A DNA stretch of 64,000 nucleotides from the NCBI RefSeq assembly GCF_009914755.1, contig NC_060932.1, one strand, 5' to 3'. Both the position numbers and the translations under genes were made by a program. Of the stretch, positions 61,719-64,000 are shown in pieces (the first letter of the stretch is position 1; each line of letters opens with the position of its first letter). Origin of the DNA: the human T2T-CHM13v2.0 reference genome, Homo sapiens. The notes beneath the pieces were generated by a model. That model was not told the origin of the DNA. It worked only from the letters and a program-made list of their open reading frames with translations, and did not search any database.

Positions 61719-62190
61719 GTGTGTGACATAAATTTCATACTTAGTAAATTGAGGTGATATATATTTGATGCTAAAATAACTTGTCTGCTCAATGAAAGAA
61801 AAATCTGACAGGTTTTTTGGGAGAATCATAACCACTAAAATAGTAAAAATTTTTACACTTGATCCAGGTTTTCTGACACGTAGGTAAAGATATCATCTAT
61901 CCATGACAGCAACATGTTTGAACAAAGAATGAAAACTCCATTTTGATAATTTATCTTATAGGTACATGATTTAAACAGACCAGCCTGGAAAGCAAAAGGC
62001 ATAAGTGGGCAACAAATCATATTTTGAGAGGATCAAAGAGTATCCCCTACATCAGTTTGTTTCAAGGTATTTAGATTAAAATCCACTGTAAAAAGTGCAT
62101 TTTTATATCACACACAGAGCATACGCAGTGCTCACACACGCACATACACATAACTGAACCAAGGATTTACTTAAAAATACATATCCTTAC

Positions 62191-62552
62191 TGTATTAATT
62201 CGTTCTTACACTGCTAACAAAGACATACCTGAGACTGGGTAATTTATAAAGAAAAAGAGGTTTCATGAATTCACAGTTCCACGTGGCTGGGGAGGCCTCA
62301 CAATCATGGCGCAAGGCGAAGGAGGAGCAAAGTCATGTCTTATGTGGCGGTAGGTAAGAGTGTGTGCAGGGGAACTGCCCTTTATAAAAACATCAGATCT
62401 CATGAGACTTATTCACTCTCACGAGAACAGCATGGGAAAAACCCGCCTCCTGATTCAATTACCTCCTGCTAGGTCCCTCCCATGATGCATAGGAATTATG
62501 GGAGCTACAATAAAAGGTGAGATTTGTGTGGGGACACAGCCAAACCATATCA
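62191..62552 (-). mobile_element. THE1B solo LTR
   Basis: TGTATT...AAAGACATACCTGAGACTGGG...GGGGACACAGCCAAACCATATCA (reverse complement of THE1). Confidence 0.92.
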
Positions 62553-62562
62553 CGAGGATTTA

Positions 62563-62871
<309 letters not shown>

Positions 62872-62880
62872 AAAAACTTA

Positions 62881-63200
<320 letters not shown>

Positions 63201-63559
63201 ACTTATTCTTACTGTGTGTTATTGACTGTAGTGCTTCCTGTTTTTATCCATTCCATGTTTCAAAAGAAGTTGATTACAGTGGACTAAATTGATTTCACAT
63301 CTCCATAACAAGTTGCTCTCTATGGATGGAAAAACAACTGGACCAGGCAATTTGAAATCTTTACAGTGACCACTTGTTTTGGCAGCATATATGTGCAGTT
63401 TTGGTGTAACTGTCAAACTTGAATTGTAGCATGATTAAATCAGGTAATTCTGAGTGAGCGTTAAGCAGAGTGGGAAGAAATGGAGGTATGAGTTTGGGTT
63501 TTGGCTTCAGACACTTGGTTTGCATGCACTCTAGTTGAGGGCTAGTTTTGCATCCTGGC

Positions 63560-63760
63560 GAACAGTATAGATTCTGTAGTCAGACGGCCTTTATCTAATT
63601 TCTGGCTCACAGTTAGTTGTGTTCATGAACATGAACAAGCTACTTAACTTCATCAAGCCTCAGTTTCTTCATCTATAAAATGAAAATAATGTTACCCTTT
63701 TTTGACATTGTGAGGTTTTAAGACGTACAGAGTAAGCATTCAATAAATGTTAGCTATTAT
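63560..63760 (+). mobile_element. MIR
   Basis: AAGCCTCAGTTTCTTCATCTATAAAATG...GTAAGCATTCAATAAATGTTAGCTATT. Confidence 0.75.
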
Positions 63761-63874
63761 TGAAAATCCCATAAAAATGAAACAAGAGTGTTCAAATATC
63801 TACATGTTCACGTGGTCAAATTGACATAGGTGTTGGCTACAGTTGCTGTACATTTGTCATGTGGCTGGCCCTGT

Positions 63875-64000
63875 GAAAAGCACTCTATATGCATTTAACC
63901 TTTGCAACATCGGATAATGCATTATTTATCTCATTTTGTAGATGAAGAAATTGAAGCTTAGGGAGCTCAAGTAACAGAGTTGGTAAATGGCAGAGCTGGG
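63875..64000 (-). mobile_element. MIR (runs off the window)
   Basis: CATTTTGTAGATGAAGAAATTGAAGCTTAG...GTAAATGGCAGAGCTGGG. Confidence 0.75.

Overview
Human (primate) non-coding euchromatic DNA, intronic or intergenic. An AluYb8 element points to Homo sapiens. No protein-coding exon, RNA gene or CRISPR array can be supported. Every ORF that resembles a real protein is a decayed L1 ORF2, a Tigger1 transposase fragment or an Alu/simple-repeat translation. The window is a mosaic of interspersed repeats: L1s (including a ~6.1-kb near-full-length L1PB1 with TSDs), Alus (including a young AluYb8 and a FAM monomer), MaLR/ERVL LTRs, MIR/L2/CR1 relics and DNA transposons (full-length Tigger1, MADE1). 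The most striking structure is a ~3.9-kb compound AT-rich minisatellite (30791-34670) made of self-complementary units. It lies at the tail of an AluY inside Tigger1 and contains a spacer-less 66-bp perfect palindrome. Other oddities are a THE1 solo LTR flanked by a ~31-bp duplication that later received two tandem Alus, a closely spaced inverted Alu pair, and a MADE1 hairpin with a mirrored substitution in both arms. Subfamily names come from my recall of consensus sequences and need RepeatMasker/Dfam confirmation. I found no convincing evidence of a novel gene system.
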